Origin: Vitrella brassicaformis CCMP3155
Taxonomy: Eukaryota > Protista > Chromerida
Assembly: GCA_001179505.1 (NCBI GenBank)
Contig: CDMY01000398.1
Span: 23,405-87,404, forward strand
Length of the DNA stretch: 64,000 nt
Direction of reading: 5' to 3'
The position numbers and the translations under genes are program-made. Each line of letters opens with the position of its first letter. Within the stretch, counting starts at the first letter, position 1. Positions 1 to 13,600 of the stretch are shown here, in pieces. The notes under the pieces are model-generated. The model did no database searches and was not told the origin of the DNA. It was given only the letters and a program-made list of their open reading frames with translations.

Positions 1-430
1 GGGATGATGCATGGATTTCTGCAGCGTTTCCGTGTTGCTGGGCTGCGGCAGACACACACACTCCTGACCCCTATAAGTATAAGTGCTTAACACACACACA
101 AAGACACACACAAGTCTCCCAAGAGTCTGTCATGAAGAATGAAAAATCCTCAGCACACATACGGACATGCACAGCACACATACGTAGTGCTCCCGAGCAG
201 GCTGAAAGGCCGGCAGTGTCTAGCAGATAGTACAGATAGATACACGTCTTATCTCATGAATTAAACGCCTTACAGTACGCACATGCCCACCCGTCTCACG
301 CCAGCCCCCCGGACACTCACTCTTGCGGAAAAGAATCCATAAAAAAGCGCTTGATTGAGTGTATGTTATGTGCCATCGGACCATTCGCCCGTACACACTC
401 TCAGCAAGCCAGCCAGCCACGTGGGTAGGT

Positions 431-3400
431 TCATTTGGTGGGTGGTGTGGTGAGTTTCTTGGCCTCTTGTATGAGTGTGTGGACCACCTGGTCGCCCCCC
501 TCGCCAAGAGTCGACAGGTCACCCAGACTGTCGGTCTCGGAGGCGGCTATTTTGCGCAGCAACCGACGGATTATCTTGCCGCTGCGCGTCTTGGGCAATG
601 TGGGCGTGATCAATCTGAACATGCACACACACACACACACACAAAACACAGAGAGAGAAAGAGAGAGAGAGATCCGTGTGTGTGGTCTGGGGGAAGGTGC
701 AAGTACATGTAGTCAGGTGTGGCGATTGGTCCGATCTCTTTGCGCACGATGTCGCGCAGCTCCTTGGTCGTCCCGGCGTGCACCTCATAGTCACCCTGAT
801 GCACACACACACAAAAGGCATCCATCCATCCATCCATCGGGCCCGCCCGCCCTCCCCCTTGTCGGTGCGTACGTTCATGGTGACGAAGCAGAAGAGTCCG
901 GTGCCCTTGACGCTGTGTGGGTAGCCGACGACGGCAGCCTCTGAGCAGCCCTTGTGCTGCACCAGTGCGTGTTCGACCTCTGCACTGCCCAGCCGGTGGC
1001 CGCTGACATTGATGGTGTCGTCCACACGGCCGGTGATCCAGTAGTAGCCGTCCTTGTCGCGCACACACCCGTCGCCCGTGAAGTAGTAGCCCGGGTAGGG
1101 GCGCAGGTACACGTTCAGCAGCCGCTCGTGGTCGCCATACACCGTCCGCATCATACCTATACACACGCACACACACAGAAAGAACAAACAGACAGAGAGA
1201 GAGAGCGTGTGTGTAGGGGCAGGGGGGAGGGTGTTCCTTCCCCCCTGGCTCGCTCACCAGGCCAGGGCCTTCTGAAGCAGAGGACGCCGTTGACGTTGTT
1301 GCCATGCAGCGGCTTGCCGGTCTTACTGTCCAGGATCACCGGCTCCACACCGAAAAACGGACGCTGGGGCACCGACCAATTATCCACACACACACACACA
1401 CAGTGACGATTCTTACACGAGTGCAGGACGCGTCTGTGTGTTGTGTTGTGTGTGTGCCTACCGTTGCCGAGCCTGGTTTGCATTTGATGGCGCCGGGCAG
1501 AGGCGTCAGCATGTGACCACCTGAGGATACACACACAAAGGGTTTAGGAGCTGTCCGTCTGGTGTGTCTGTTGGAAACTGTTTTCCCACACCCTCGCACA
1601 CGTACCTGTTTCGGTTTGCCAGTATGTGTCGACGATGTCACAGCGACTCTTGCCAACCACCTCGTAGTACCTGCGCGTGTGGGCGCACACACACACACAC
1701 ACACCACAGACAGATGGCCATTCTCGCAATGGATTCGAGTGTGTGTGTGTGTGTGTATGTGTGTGTGTGTATGTGTGTGTATGTGCGTACCACCTCCACG
1801 CTTCGGGACTGTCGGCGATGATACACACACACACACACACAAATGACGGCACACATTGGAATGAGGTGGGTTGCCATGAGGCACATATAGGCACATCACA
1901 CGTGGGTACTTGATGGGCTCTCCGACGGTGCCCAGGACCCGCAGGCTCGACAGGTCATGGTTCTCCACCCACTCAGTGCCGTGAATCATCAACGCCCTGC
2001 ACAGACAGACACCACACCATAGCAACAGCAACAGCACCAAACATCCGTCGACACACACATGAGCAGACGAGCAGACCGCTTCAGGTCACCCACCTGATGG
2101 CCGTCGGTGCCGTGTAGAACTGAGACACACGCCACCGCTCACACAACTGCCTGCACCCATGCACACGACATGTCCACAGCAACATGACACACAAAAATCC
2201 CCCACACACGTGTGCAATACCTCACCAGTATCTCGATGGGTTCGGGTGCATGGGCACACTCTCGAACACCACGGTGGTGGCGCCGTTGCAGAGCGGCCCG
2301 TACACGATGTAGGAGTGCCCCGTGATCCACCCGACGTCAGCCACACAGGCGTGGATGTCGCCAGGGTGGAAGTCAAACACTGATGGATGGACCACACACA
2401 TATACACCTCACAGTCGTCCATCCATGAGTGTTTGGCATGTGTGTCGGTGTGCAGACAGACAGAGACAGAGACAGACGTAGGTACCTACCTACCGTATTT
2501 GAACGTGAGTGCCGTGTAGAGGAGGTAGCCGGCCGACGAGTGAGCGATACCCTGGTCACATACACGGGATGTGTGTTGTGTCAGCACACATGGACGGATG
2601 CCGTGCGTGTGCACCACCGCCCACCCAACCTGGGTACCCACCTTGGGTTTGCCAGTGGAGCCCGACGTGTACAGCTGATCGAAGCAATCCATCCACACAC
2701 ACACAGNNNNNNNNNNNNNNNNNNNNNNNNNNNNNNNNNNNNNNNNNNNNNNNNNNNNNNNNNNNNNNNNNNNNNNNNNNNNNNNNNNNNNNNNNNNNNN
2801 NNNNNNNNNNNNNNNNNNNNNNNNNNNNNNNNNNNNNNNNNNNNNNNNNNNNNNNNNNNNNNNNNNNNNNNNNNNNNNNNNNNNNNNNNNNNNNNNNNNN
2901 NNNNNNNNNNNNNNNNNNNNNNNNNNNNNNNNNNNNNNNNNNNNNNNNNNNNNNNNNNNNNNNNNNNNNNNNNNNNNNNNNNNNNNNNNNNNNNNNNNNN
3001 NNNNNNCCCCCCCCCCCCCCCCCAAACAGCCCTTGAACTGAATGTCAGTTGGCCCGATACCCATCCATCCATCCATCCGTCTGTGTGTGTGTGCTGACCA
3101 TGAAGAGAAGGTCTTCGCTGTCCATGATCTCCAGCGGGCAGTACGGCCGCATGCCGTCCTGCACCACATCGCACGTATGACATGACATGAACGAATGGAT
3201 CTGTGTGTGGGTGACTCCCTCCCTCCCTCCCTCCTTCGTGTCGGCTGGATGCATCTGTCTGTCTGCGTGCCCACCAGCATCTCGTGACCCCACACGTCAC
3301 GGCCCTCGATCCAGTTGATGGCCTGACCTGCACAACATGACACAACACAACACAACACACCCATGGAGGCGTTGCAATGCACCGGATGGCCGCCTGTCCT

Positions 3401-4872
3401 TCGTTCGTTCGTCCGCTCACCTTGGTGCTGGAAGACGACACACGTATCGACGAGTGGGCATTCCTTGAGGGCCTCGTCCATGATGTTCTTGAGGGGGATG
3501 ATCTTGCCGCCACGGATGCCCTGGTCAGCAGTTATCACCTACACACCACACACACCAACACAACACATCAATTACACCACACAAGAATCCATCTCTCTCT
3601 CTCTCTCTCTGCGTGTGTGTCCGTGTGTGGATTGCGTACGATTTTGCAGTGTGCGTCGATGAGTCTGTCTCTAAGATTGGGTGCAGAGAAGCCGGCAAAC
3701 ACGACGCTGTGGATGGCGCCCAGCCGCGCACACGCGAGCATGGCGTAGATGGTCTCGGGGATCATGGGCATGTAAATGCCGACGGTGTCGTAACGACGCA
3801 CCCCTGACAGACAAACAAACGAACCAACGACCCACACATGTCTGTCTTGTGTGGATGTGTCACACAGGGTGGTGTGGTGTGGGTGCAGTGCACCGACCGA
3901 GTCGTTTGAGCATGTTAGCGAATTTGCAGACCCTGTTGAGGAGGGCCTTGTAGGTGATGGTCTGTGTGTGTTGGGGGTCGTCCCCCTCCCAAATGATGGC
4001 GATGCGCTCGGGAGCCACCTCTGCCCAGCGGTCCACACAGTTGTCGCATACCTGACAGACAGGCAAAGCATAATTCATGGGATGGATGGGACGGACGGCA
4101 GCACAGCGAGCACAACAACACAACACAACACAGCTGCATGTGAATCTATCTGTGTGTGGGGTCGCGCCTGTCTGCATATATTTGTGTGTCTGTTTGTGGA
4201 ATGTTGGTTTACACACGTTGAGTTTTCCGTTGATGAACCAGCTCACGTCGCCCTCCGGGTGCATGTCGCTGCACCACACACACACACATGCACACATGTA
4301 CACCACACTGTGTGTGTGTTGGACTGCGTGTTGGTCTGTCTGCTTTGCTTTGCTTTGCTTGAGGGTATGGATCTTTACCCGCCCTGGACTTTAGTAAATG
4401 GGTGTAGCCATCTGAGTGTGCTCATGGCGATGTCCCGCCAGAAGTTGTCGCTGTCCTTGATGCTGCGGTGGTACATCTGCTCGTAACACTCCTGCAATGC
4501 AGTAAATAGATGCGCACACACGGCCACAGACATGCACTCAGAACACACACGTGCATCTGTGTGAGCGTGTGTGGTGTGTGTGTATGTGGGAGAGAAACCG
4601 AGAGTTGACTGACCATGCTGTAGATGTGGCAACGCTCCTTGTTCTGCAGGCCAACCAACAGCCCAGCCATATGGGCAATCAATCAAATCAAAACACAGAC
4701 AGACAGACCTTCTGCGCTGCGCATCCTGACTGACCTGCAGCGATATGTTGTAGACTTCGTCCACAGGCAGCGCCGCTGCCGCCTGTGCAATGGTGTCGAC
4801 GTGCTCGATGGAGGGCGGCGGGCTGCGCTCCCGAGTCACAGACGGACTGCCGGAGTGCTCCGTTCGCGGCAT
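431..4872 (-). CDS. ACS: Acetyl-CoA synthetase (AMP-forming acetate-CoA ligase), multi-exon; one intron spans an N gap
   Basis: Exons give [62 protein letters not shown] and LPKTRSGKI, all hallmark ACS motifs; GT-AG junctions; start MPRTEHSG at 4872, stop after KKLTTPPTK. Confidence 0.97.
2707..3006. other. Assembly gap (300 N)
   Basis: 300 N followed by a poly-C run, inside an ACS intron. Confidence 0.99.
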
Positions 4873-5097
4873 CTTTATTTCCTTGTTTCCCTTTCTCTCT
4901 GTCTGCCTCCGAGCCGCACAGAGATGAGATGCCGAGATGGAATAGAGGACAGTGATGGAAACCCGCCCAACTCAGTCACAGAGGCTGAGCGAGACTCAGA
5001 TCACCGGATGGGATGCGCCTGCTCCCCGTCAGGCCGTCACACAACACACTGCGAGCCGGAGATCTCCGCAAGCTCGCCATTGAGGAAGAGCACAGCG

Positions 5098-6116
5098 ATG
5101 GGGGATTCCAGGTATCACACGCGCCTCTCGGTGCACTGCATTGCACTGCACTGCATCTGTGATGCACTCACTGATGTGTTTGTTTGCGTTGTATTGCTTC
5201 GTCAGTTTGTCGGAGCAGATAGTGAAGGAGTCGGCTGAGTGTCTGAATGAGAGCAGCAGCCACCCCCTGTCGATGATATGGGGCGAGAAGAGCCAGTACC
5301 TGGAGAGCGAAGATGACCCAAACCTCCTCATCAAGCTGCCTTTCAGGTCGGTCAATGCGCTGCACAGCCCTCCATCTCTTTGTGCACTGCAAGAGGGTCT
5401 GTCTGTCTGTTTGTCTGTCTGTCTGCCTGTCTGTCTGCCTGTCTGTGTGCCGTGCGTGGCGGTGCGTGGCGGTGCGTTGTGTGTGTGTGTGCAGGCAGCC
5501 GGTGCGCATCACGGGCATTCGAATCGACGCAGATGCTGAGGACGGCACGGCGCCACAGACGTAAGAAAGACACACAAGAGTGTGCTTATGCGCTACAGAT
5601 AATTAAGTGTGTGTGCGTGCAGCATCAAGATCTTTCGTGACCAGCCGAGCCTGGGGTTCATCGAGGCCGAGTCGGACACGCCCACCGAGCAACTCGCCCT
5701 CACGACAGAACAACTCGGCACCGTGGTCAGTCGGAACGGCATACACACAAAGCCATCCGGGTGCGGTGAACGTGTGTTTTCTGTGTGTGTGTGTGTGTCC
5801 GTGTGTATGTGTGTGGTGTGTGTGTTTGCTCAGCGTCCTTTGCGTGCGCCTCGCTTCACCAACGTGACGCAGATCTGTGTGTTCGTCGAGGACAACCACG
5901 GCGCAGACACCACACGCATCAACAAGCTAGAGCTCCTCGGTCAGACAGACAGACAGATAGACAGACAGAGAGTCAACCGGCCCCCATGACGGATACACCG
6001 TGTGTGTGTGTTTGTGTGCATGTGTCGTGTGTGCAGGCAGTGTGCCTAAGGACATGGACATGAAGGAGTGGACGCCCAAGCCGAAAGAGGGCGAGCAGAT
6101 CGCACCCGGACACTGA
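5098..6116 (+). CDS. PITH-domain protein (PITHD1/TXNL1 C-terminal-like), about 6 exons
   Basis: Spliced product MGDSSLSEQIVKESAECLNE..QYLESEDDPNLLIKLPF..QPVRITGI..IKIFRDQPSLGFIEAES..RFTNVTQICVFVEDNHGADTTRINKLELLG fits the PITH pattern. Confidence 0.85.
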
Positions 6117-7119
6117 CTGATATGACGGAGCCAGCCAGCCAGAAACACACACACAGGCAGTCCGTGTAGGAGAGCGCCAGAGGGACGACTGCTGTTGGTC
6201 TGACGCTGCATGAATGCCTCGCCGTGCCGTGCCGTGCCGTGTGCGGTTTTGTCGGTGATCATGATGAGTGTATTTAAGTGACGGCTTCCTTCCACGCGAT
6301 CTTCCTTCACTGCTGATTGATTGATTGATTGACTGACTTATCGCTTGCAACACGAACAGACGTCCATTGCTGTCCACACACAGATACACACACACATGCA
6401 CACACATACTACACAGACAGACAGAGATGCTACGTGCCCACATACATCGGCCTACAGAGATGGGATCGACGAGCCACTCACTCACTGCCTTACTTATGAT
6501 TGATTAAATTTGCCTCAATCAATGCTCTCGCTTAGCTGCCACGCTCACAGAGCACTGCTGACTACAAACATAGGTATCTAGGTGTGTGTATTCTACAGAG
6601 AGATGATATAATAGACACCCACCAAAAACTGTTGACACACATGAACGAACGAAGCGATGGAGGGATGGACAACAAACACAAACAAACACAACTGCTGGCT
6701 CCTCCCCTTGGCCTCCGCTCTCCTCTGCTGTGCGACTCTTTGTCACATAAATGTGCGCACACATTCAGACATACATACACACAGCTCCCTCCCTCCCTCT
6801 TCGATTGCTCTCATACACAGAGGCCGCCCCATCACATCACTCACGCCCTCTTACTCAATTGCGGCCATGCCATGCAGAGCAAAGCTATCCCCTCCTTATC
6901 AATGGCGTCACTCACTCACTCACTTATTGCGCATCGGTATCTCAGGGCTGAAACACACTCACAGAGAGAGAGAGCACAGCACATCAACAGGAAACTGCAT
7001 GCGGCAACAGGCTGCCTGTCCGTCGTCAGTCTGTCGAGATGCTCACCCGTATTTCAGTGCATTCTCTGCATGGATGGAATGGATGGATGGATGGATGGAC
7101 CACATAACACAACAGGAAG

Positions 7120-7372
7120 TCAGTGTGTGGGATGATTCATGGCCTTCCTTTGTTGTCTCCCGTCGTGTTGCCTACCGATGGCCGAGATGGCAGCCATGGC
7201 CATGGCGCACGCCACCATGCCGCCGCCCGAGTACCAGGCCATCTTCCCCGCCAGGCGGGACGCACCGATGATGCCCAGCAACACACCCACACGCAGATAT
7301 CCTTTCAACGAACTACACACACACACATACACACACACACAAGCAGGTCCGCACGAGACAGCCGCCCGCATC

Positions 7373-7403
<31 letters not shown>

Positions 7404-9759
7404 CGGGTTACTTCATGGTTTTGAGGGCTTTGAGGCATTGTGTGCAGTGTATGATGTGGCTGTCCACGTGGTTCAGCAACTCGCTGCGAGGCGTGAGCCT
7501 GCACACACCACACATGGACGATACACGTACACACGTGCGGCACGGATTCGTGTGTGCGTCGTCTCGATGGTGTGTCATGTGTGTGTGACTCTACTGACTT
7601 GGTGAGTCCTTCGAGCGGCTCGAAGCCCCACGGACCGTTAGACCCCCACTTCTTGACCCACTGATGGATGGATGGATACATCAGTGGGCTTTCCCGATTG
7701 CCTGCTCACCGTTCTGAATTGTGCGACGTACAGGTCGGTGGCTGTGGGCAGGTAGTAGTTCTGCGGCAGCTTCCCCGGACCACCCGCGGCGGCGATGCGG
7801 CGATCCTGACACAACAGTGACATCAGCAGCACCAGCAGCATCAACCATTTCTGCCATTCTTTCTTGACGCTGCTCTACCCCTCCCCACACCAGCCCAGCC
7901 CACCCATTCAGTTCGTCACTCATTCACTCACCTGCACATGCAGAAAGATGTTGTCATCGTCGAGCGATCGCAGCGCCTAAACACATACAGGGACACATGG
8001 AAGAGCACATGCATCCATCCCTCCATTCGCACACACACGCGCACATGGAGATGTATTGTTGGCTAGATCGATGGATCAGTGTTGTTGTTGTATATCGGCT
8101 CAACGTGTGTGTGCAGCAGCGGCTGTATGCCTCAGCCCTATCATCGGTCACATCATCTCTCACTATCTCTCTCTCCGGTCTATACCACATGTGCATGCGT
8201 GTGTGTGTGTCTCACGAATAGGTGGACGAGCCAGAGGGGCACTCGCCGCAGCAAACCCACCACCGGGCCGCCGTTGTCAAACTGTGTCCACAGATGGACA
8301 TAAGAGAGAGAGAGAGACCGTCTTTCATCCATCCCTGCCATCATGGCCTGTGAAGGTCTGGCTGCACATGCGCACCTTGACAGTGATTCGTCCGATGATC
8401 CTGGCGCGTCCCGGCTCCATCGGCACACAGTAGTGTAGCGCCGTCAGGGAGTACCCCTTACGCGTGGCGTTGTGGTGCTGATACATCGGACTGCACACAA
8501 AACCCACAGACAGACACACACACACAAACAACCATCTTTCCACTCCCCCCACCCTCCCATTGCAAACACACATGCCTACGCGCGGAAGACCGTCTCGACT
8601 CGCTCCTCGCTGTCCTCATAGACGCCCTCAAAGCCGCGCTCGGATGCGGGCCTTGTCATCCGCAGTGGCAAATGTTTGGCCTTCTTTCGACTCGACGCAC
8701 TCCCGTGGTGCGTAATGGGTACGTGGCTCTGATCGATGAGGTTTTCAAACAGCGTCGCGTAGTCATACGGCACGTCGCGGAACGAGTCGAATGTCACGGC
8801 GTTGGGCTGCTCGCTGTCCACCGTCTCGCTCGTCAACATGGCCGGCCATCCTGCCTCTGCCCCTCCCCCGTGCTGCTGCTGTGTGTCGGGTGTGGGCCTC
8901 ACCCAGACGAGCCCCTGCTGCTCCTGGCAGGGGAAGATGGTGGCGCACGCACGAGTGCCGATGGGCAGGGGGGTGTCTGGCTGGGCCTGGGGGATGGCCG
9001 TGCAGCCGCCGGTAGAGCCCTCGAAGCGCCAGCCGTGATATGGACACCTGCACACATCCACCCACACACACACAGGGAGGGTCGTGCCTGCCTCCTAGGC
9101 AGCCTGCTGTCTCTGTTGGCTTACTCTACGTTGCCCTCGACGATTCGTCCCTCGCTGAGGGGCGCCATGCGATGCGGGCACCGATCCAATGCACATCGCC
9201 ACTGCACTCACGCCACACCACAGCCAGGGGGGTATTCATCAACACACCCATGTTTGGCCCACGGTCTGTGTGTGTGAGAATACCTCTTGTTTTGGTTCGT
9301 CCCACCAGATGACCAGTGGTTGGTTTAGCAGAGTGAAGCTGAAAGGCCGCTCCTTGTCAGTACACGACACCGGCGCGATGGGATACCTATGTCAAACAAC
9401 ACACACACACGCACTCCTCCAGCAGGATGCAAATGTCCTTTTGAGACTCTGCGGCTGACCGACCAGTGTGCCATCCAGTCGAACGACGGTGCCGCCCTGC
9501 CACTGTCAGGCACATCTACCACCTCGTGGAGCTGGATGCCGCCCGTCGGCACACCCACATCCACCACGCTCGACGCCACGGAAGCAGATGCACTCGCATC
9601 CAGCGGCCCGCTGACTCCATAGCGATGCCTCATGCCTTTCAAGAGCCCACCGCCTGTCTTTGATGGTGACGGCGAAGGGAACAGGCGGCCGTGCGGCTGC
9701 AGCGCCCGCAGACGGGCGCACAGAATGCATGACAGCACCACTGCCAAACAGAGCCTCAT
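7120..9759 (-). CDS. Rieske non-heme iron oxygenase of the PAO/Tic55/PTC52 family with signal plus transit-like leader
   Basis: FDWMAHWYPI, Rieske DRCPHRMAPLSEG and CPYHGWRF, iron motif ENLIDQSHVPITH, C-terminal LLNHVDSHIIHCTQC and a TM segment; hydrophobic N-terminus MRLCLAVVLSCILCARLRA followed by an S/A/R-rich stretch. Confidence 0.9.
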
Positions 9760-10615
9760 GGCTGGCTGCCAAACTCAGCTTTGCGGGCAGCTTGATGCGA
9801 CTGAGTGGACGTGTGAGCGGTTGTGAAGCACGTCAACAGATAGATCTATTCAGCGGAACGTGGCAGGACGGGGGAAGATTCGCACATATGAGCTCGCAAG
9901 CGATCAAATGGTGGCTCATGATAATTCATTGCAGGTCATTCGTGTGTATGCAGCAGACGATACACGAGATATATGCACCCGTCTGTCTGTCTGTCTGTCT
10001 GTCTGTTGTTATGTCTGTCTGTCTGTCTCCCACCAGACACACCAGCCGTGATGAAACTCATCAATCTCCATCTGAATGAGCACGGTGCTCTTTGAGTCTT
10101 GAAGTGGTACAAAAGGTCTTACACGTCATACATGCACAAAAGCACGAATAAGCACGAGTCACAGAACAGGCCATGCACGTCAACGCAGGCGGCAGGACAC
10201 GCAGATAGGGACATACATCGAGGCAGTCATTACAGTACCCTTTCTCCCTCCCCCAAAGCACTAGATGGATGAGTACACGATGACATATAGCATGCACACA
10301 CGGCTTTATCTACACAGTATCAACACAAAGCCTCACAGTGCAGGCATTCACATCCATGTGTATAAGGCAAGGTGTACACCTTCACACCAGTGCAAAAGCA
10401 TGTATCGTGTGCAGATACGATTCTTAAAGGCACACCAGCACGCAAAAGCCTCCCAGACACAGCCGCACATCGAACTACGTGTGACACCCAAGTACAGGAT
10501 TGCATGTTATACGACAGACACAAATTGCACGTACACGACAGACGACACAAGCATGCACATCAACAGCGTCCCACCGCCAATTTGGGCCACAGCAATGCCC
10601 TACGTCTGCACCACT

Positions 10616-13600
10616 TCAAGAGGAAGGCTCGATGTATCCCTGTTCGTAGACTGGCCCGGAGAACTCCTCCCTGTACTTTTGGCGGCAGGTGGGGCACTTA
10701 CTGTCCCCCCGCTTGAAACGCTCGAAACAAACTACGACACCACACGCAAACACACACCCATATCTTCATTCCCTGAGACAGTACTCCTTCCATCCCTACC
10801 TCTGCAAAAGTATTTGTGTCTGCAGGGTATGAGCACCACTTCAGTGGGACGATCGTAACAAATTTGACATTTGGGAGGCGCAGCGGACTTGTTCTTCTTC
10901 TTCTCCTCCTCGTGCCTCGCTCTCTCCTCCTCCATTTCCGTCTGCATGGCATCGATAACGGCTGCCGACTCCTCCGCCTGCCTGCAAAGCTTCTCGTCCG
11001 CTGCCCCAAGCTGGCCCTTCACCGCCTCAAACTCGAGTTTGAGGAGGTGAAGGGCTCTCCCTTCCTCGCTGAGCCAGGCCGCATCCACAGTGGGGTCGGG
11101 AAGCACCGTAGAAGCCCACTTGCTTGCCTCATCAGCAACTAGGGGTAGGATTTCCTGGGTGGCACCGCCGCAACACTCGTGAAAGGCAGTCTGGAGGCCC
11201 TCCTTGGCGTCCTCGAGGTCACGAATCTCACGGGTCAGCTGAAGGCGAACAAGACGCAAGTGACAGTATTTCGTTACTCCTCGCTATCTGCATACCCGTT
11301 TCTCAACGTCCGCCGCGGTCTCAGAGGACGAGTCATGCCTATCACCCTGCAGAATCTTCATATGAGACACCGATCGAAAGGCAATTCTTCGTACAAGCGG
11401 GTATTTTTAGAGAAGCCTTATGCTTACGGCTCGGTTTTTGTCTGCAATTGCGTTGTCGATCTCCAGTATTTGCTGCTCCAGCAATGCCCGTCCGCGTGCA
11501 CAATCCTCGAACAGGACTGAAGGATAGAGACGTCTTGTATTCCTTCTTGCATCCGTTTACTCTCCTTACTTTCTGAGAGCCGTTTCACGCCTTTCTCGAC
11601 GTGCTTCTCCAGATAGCACAAGAGGGCTTGAAGCTGCCTGTTGTACTTCTCCTGCAAATCGATGTGTACGAGTATTCTTGACAGGGGTGGTATTCTTGAC
11701 TGTACATGTCGCACCGCTTCGGCAGTTGCGGCGTTCCAGAAGGTGCGATGGCTGTCATACTCTGCGCGCCAATCCTGGAAGGACAAGAGGGATAGCAGCT
11801 TCGTACAAATGTGCTTGCTTCCAGCTCACATTGACGCGGGCGAGAATCTCTGTAAGCGGCGCATTTGCGGCAGCAACAGCGGCTTCAGCACGCAGACGCT
11901 CGATTCGCGCTTGCACCTCCTCCTCCTGCATACGATGCTCAAGACACAGCCTACATCCATGAGCCACTTATTCTTGCCCCTGCCCACCTTTGCTGCGATG
12001 AGTGCTTTGTATTGTATGTTCCCCTCGCGGATCATGGATTCCTCTGTGGCTTTGTTGCGCTTCTGCAGCCTGCAAACCACGGACGACTAGGCATTGAGAC
12101 ACGCAAAAGGCTCAGAGGTCACCTACTCCTTCTCGTGTGTCTTGGAATCAGCTTCAGCGCTTGTGAGACTCCGTTGATAGTCTGCCAGTGGTGGATTCAG
12201 ACACACACAATGTGGTAGAAAGCACAGAAAACAAATTGCGTGTTACCAGTGATGTGCTTTGTGCGGGTATCAAGCTGCCTGATACGTGACATCCACTGAA
12301 CTGCGTGCTGTCGCCATTCGCCAATCTTCTCCTGCATCAAGCAAAGCAAAGGGCCATTCCTGGAACAAGAGAAGTTGGTTTCTCTGTAATGACATTGTGG
12401 CGCTTGATGAAGACTTCCTTCTGTGCTTTGAAGCAGCCGAGAACGTCTGATTGAAGTGCCTTGTCGATCGCGACGAGCTGCAGGACCAACATTGATACAG
12501 GGGGGAAGATTGTACTCGCGTCATGTTACCTTGTCCTTGAGGAGCCGAAAAAACCCTTCCACTGCGTGAATTCGTTCCTTCCGCTTCTCCTCACGCTCAA
12601 CTGGGCGGAAACCAGACCTGCAAGCGTACAAGAGACATGCCTGCCTGCCTGCCTGGCTGCTGGTTCTAGAATCTCAACCTTTTACTGCAGCAGATAAGGT
12701 TCAATTTGGTGTTCCACGAATGAGTTCAGCGCAGATGTGTGACGCGCTAACGTGAAGGATGCTGCGAACAGACAAGAAAACACGTGCCAGTGTGATGTCA
12801 TGATGGCCGTCTATATGCACGCGTGGCTCACGGTGGCTCTTTTTGGCTGTCTGCATGAAGTGGCCGAGGCCCTCGTAAACCGACATGAGCTCGAGATGAA
12901 CCATTTGGGCGCCACTAGGTTCGAATCCCTTAAGAACTGGTTCCAATAGGTAAGGGAGTCTGGTTTGTGATGTCCCTAGGCACAATGCTCACCTGCTGCT
13001 CGGTTGATAGGGAGTATCGCAGCTGTCACCAATTTATAAGTGTCAGGCTGTGGATAAGTGCATCAAGCTTCTCAGCCGCCGACGAAGAGTCGTGAAACAG
13101 GTCTGAGAAGACGCCCGTAATCAATGCAGAGTAGTCGATGCCCGCCTTCTGCATACGAATGACATCCGAATGGCCTATGAAATGCCAACCTTCCCTTGAT
13201 TACTCACCTGAAGCCTCTCGCTGATAGAGCTGGCCTCCGGCTGATAGGAACTTGATGCTTGTTCGAGAGCATATACCTCCTACAGGCAAGAAGGCATCGA
13301 GAAGATCAAAAACCAGCGTCATCTACCAGGCAAGCCCACCGAGGGAGTCAACTGGCGCCTTGGCACAGCCTTGACCAACGAAACATCCCACTGCCCCTTA
13401 GCGATCCTGCCCTGTGAGAGGGACACGGAGAGAAATCGCTCAACACCACACTCAGCACATCTCCCTCTGACCCTGATCATCTCATCGGCATCTGCCTTGA
13501 AATCGTCAACTCTCATGGCATCCCGACGGGCGCCAATATCCCTGTAACCAAAGCATCAACGATGGTGTCGTCATGTCGCTATGTCTTCTCACTTGAGATC

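Noticed and set aside
2707-3025. Poly-C runs adjoining all three 300-N gaps
   Set aside because: Most likely sequencing dropout at homopolymers with a fixed placeholder gap size, not biology.
10061-10297. Cys-rich 78-aa ORF resembling a zinc finger or metallothionein
   Set aside because: Lies in TG-rich sequence downstream of the RING gene stop; TG richness produces Cys by chance and no ligand pattern or splice support is seen.
12917-12930. GGTTCGAATCCC, resembling a tRNA T-loop
   Set aside because: T-stem does not pair fully, no acceptor or D arm is evident, and it is the antisense of a coding exon (LKGFEPSG) of the Ubl-RING gene.
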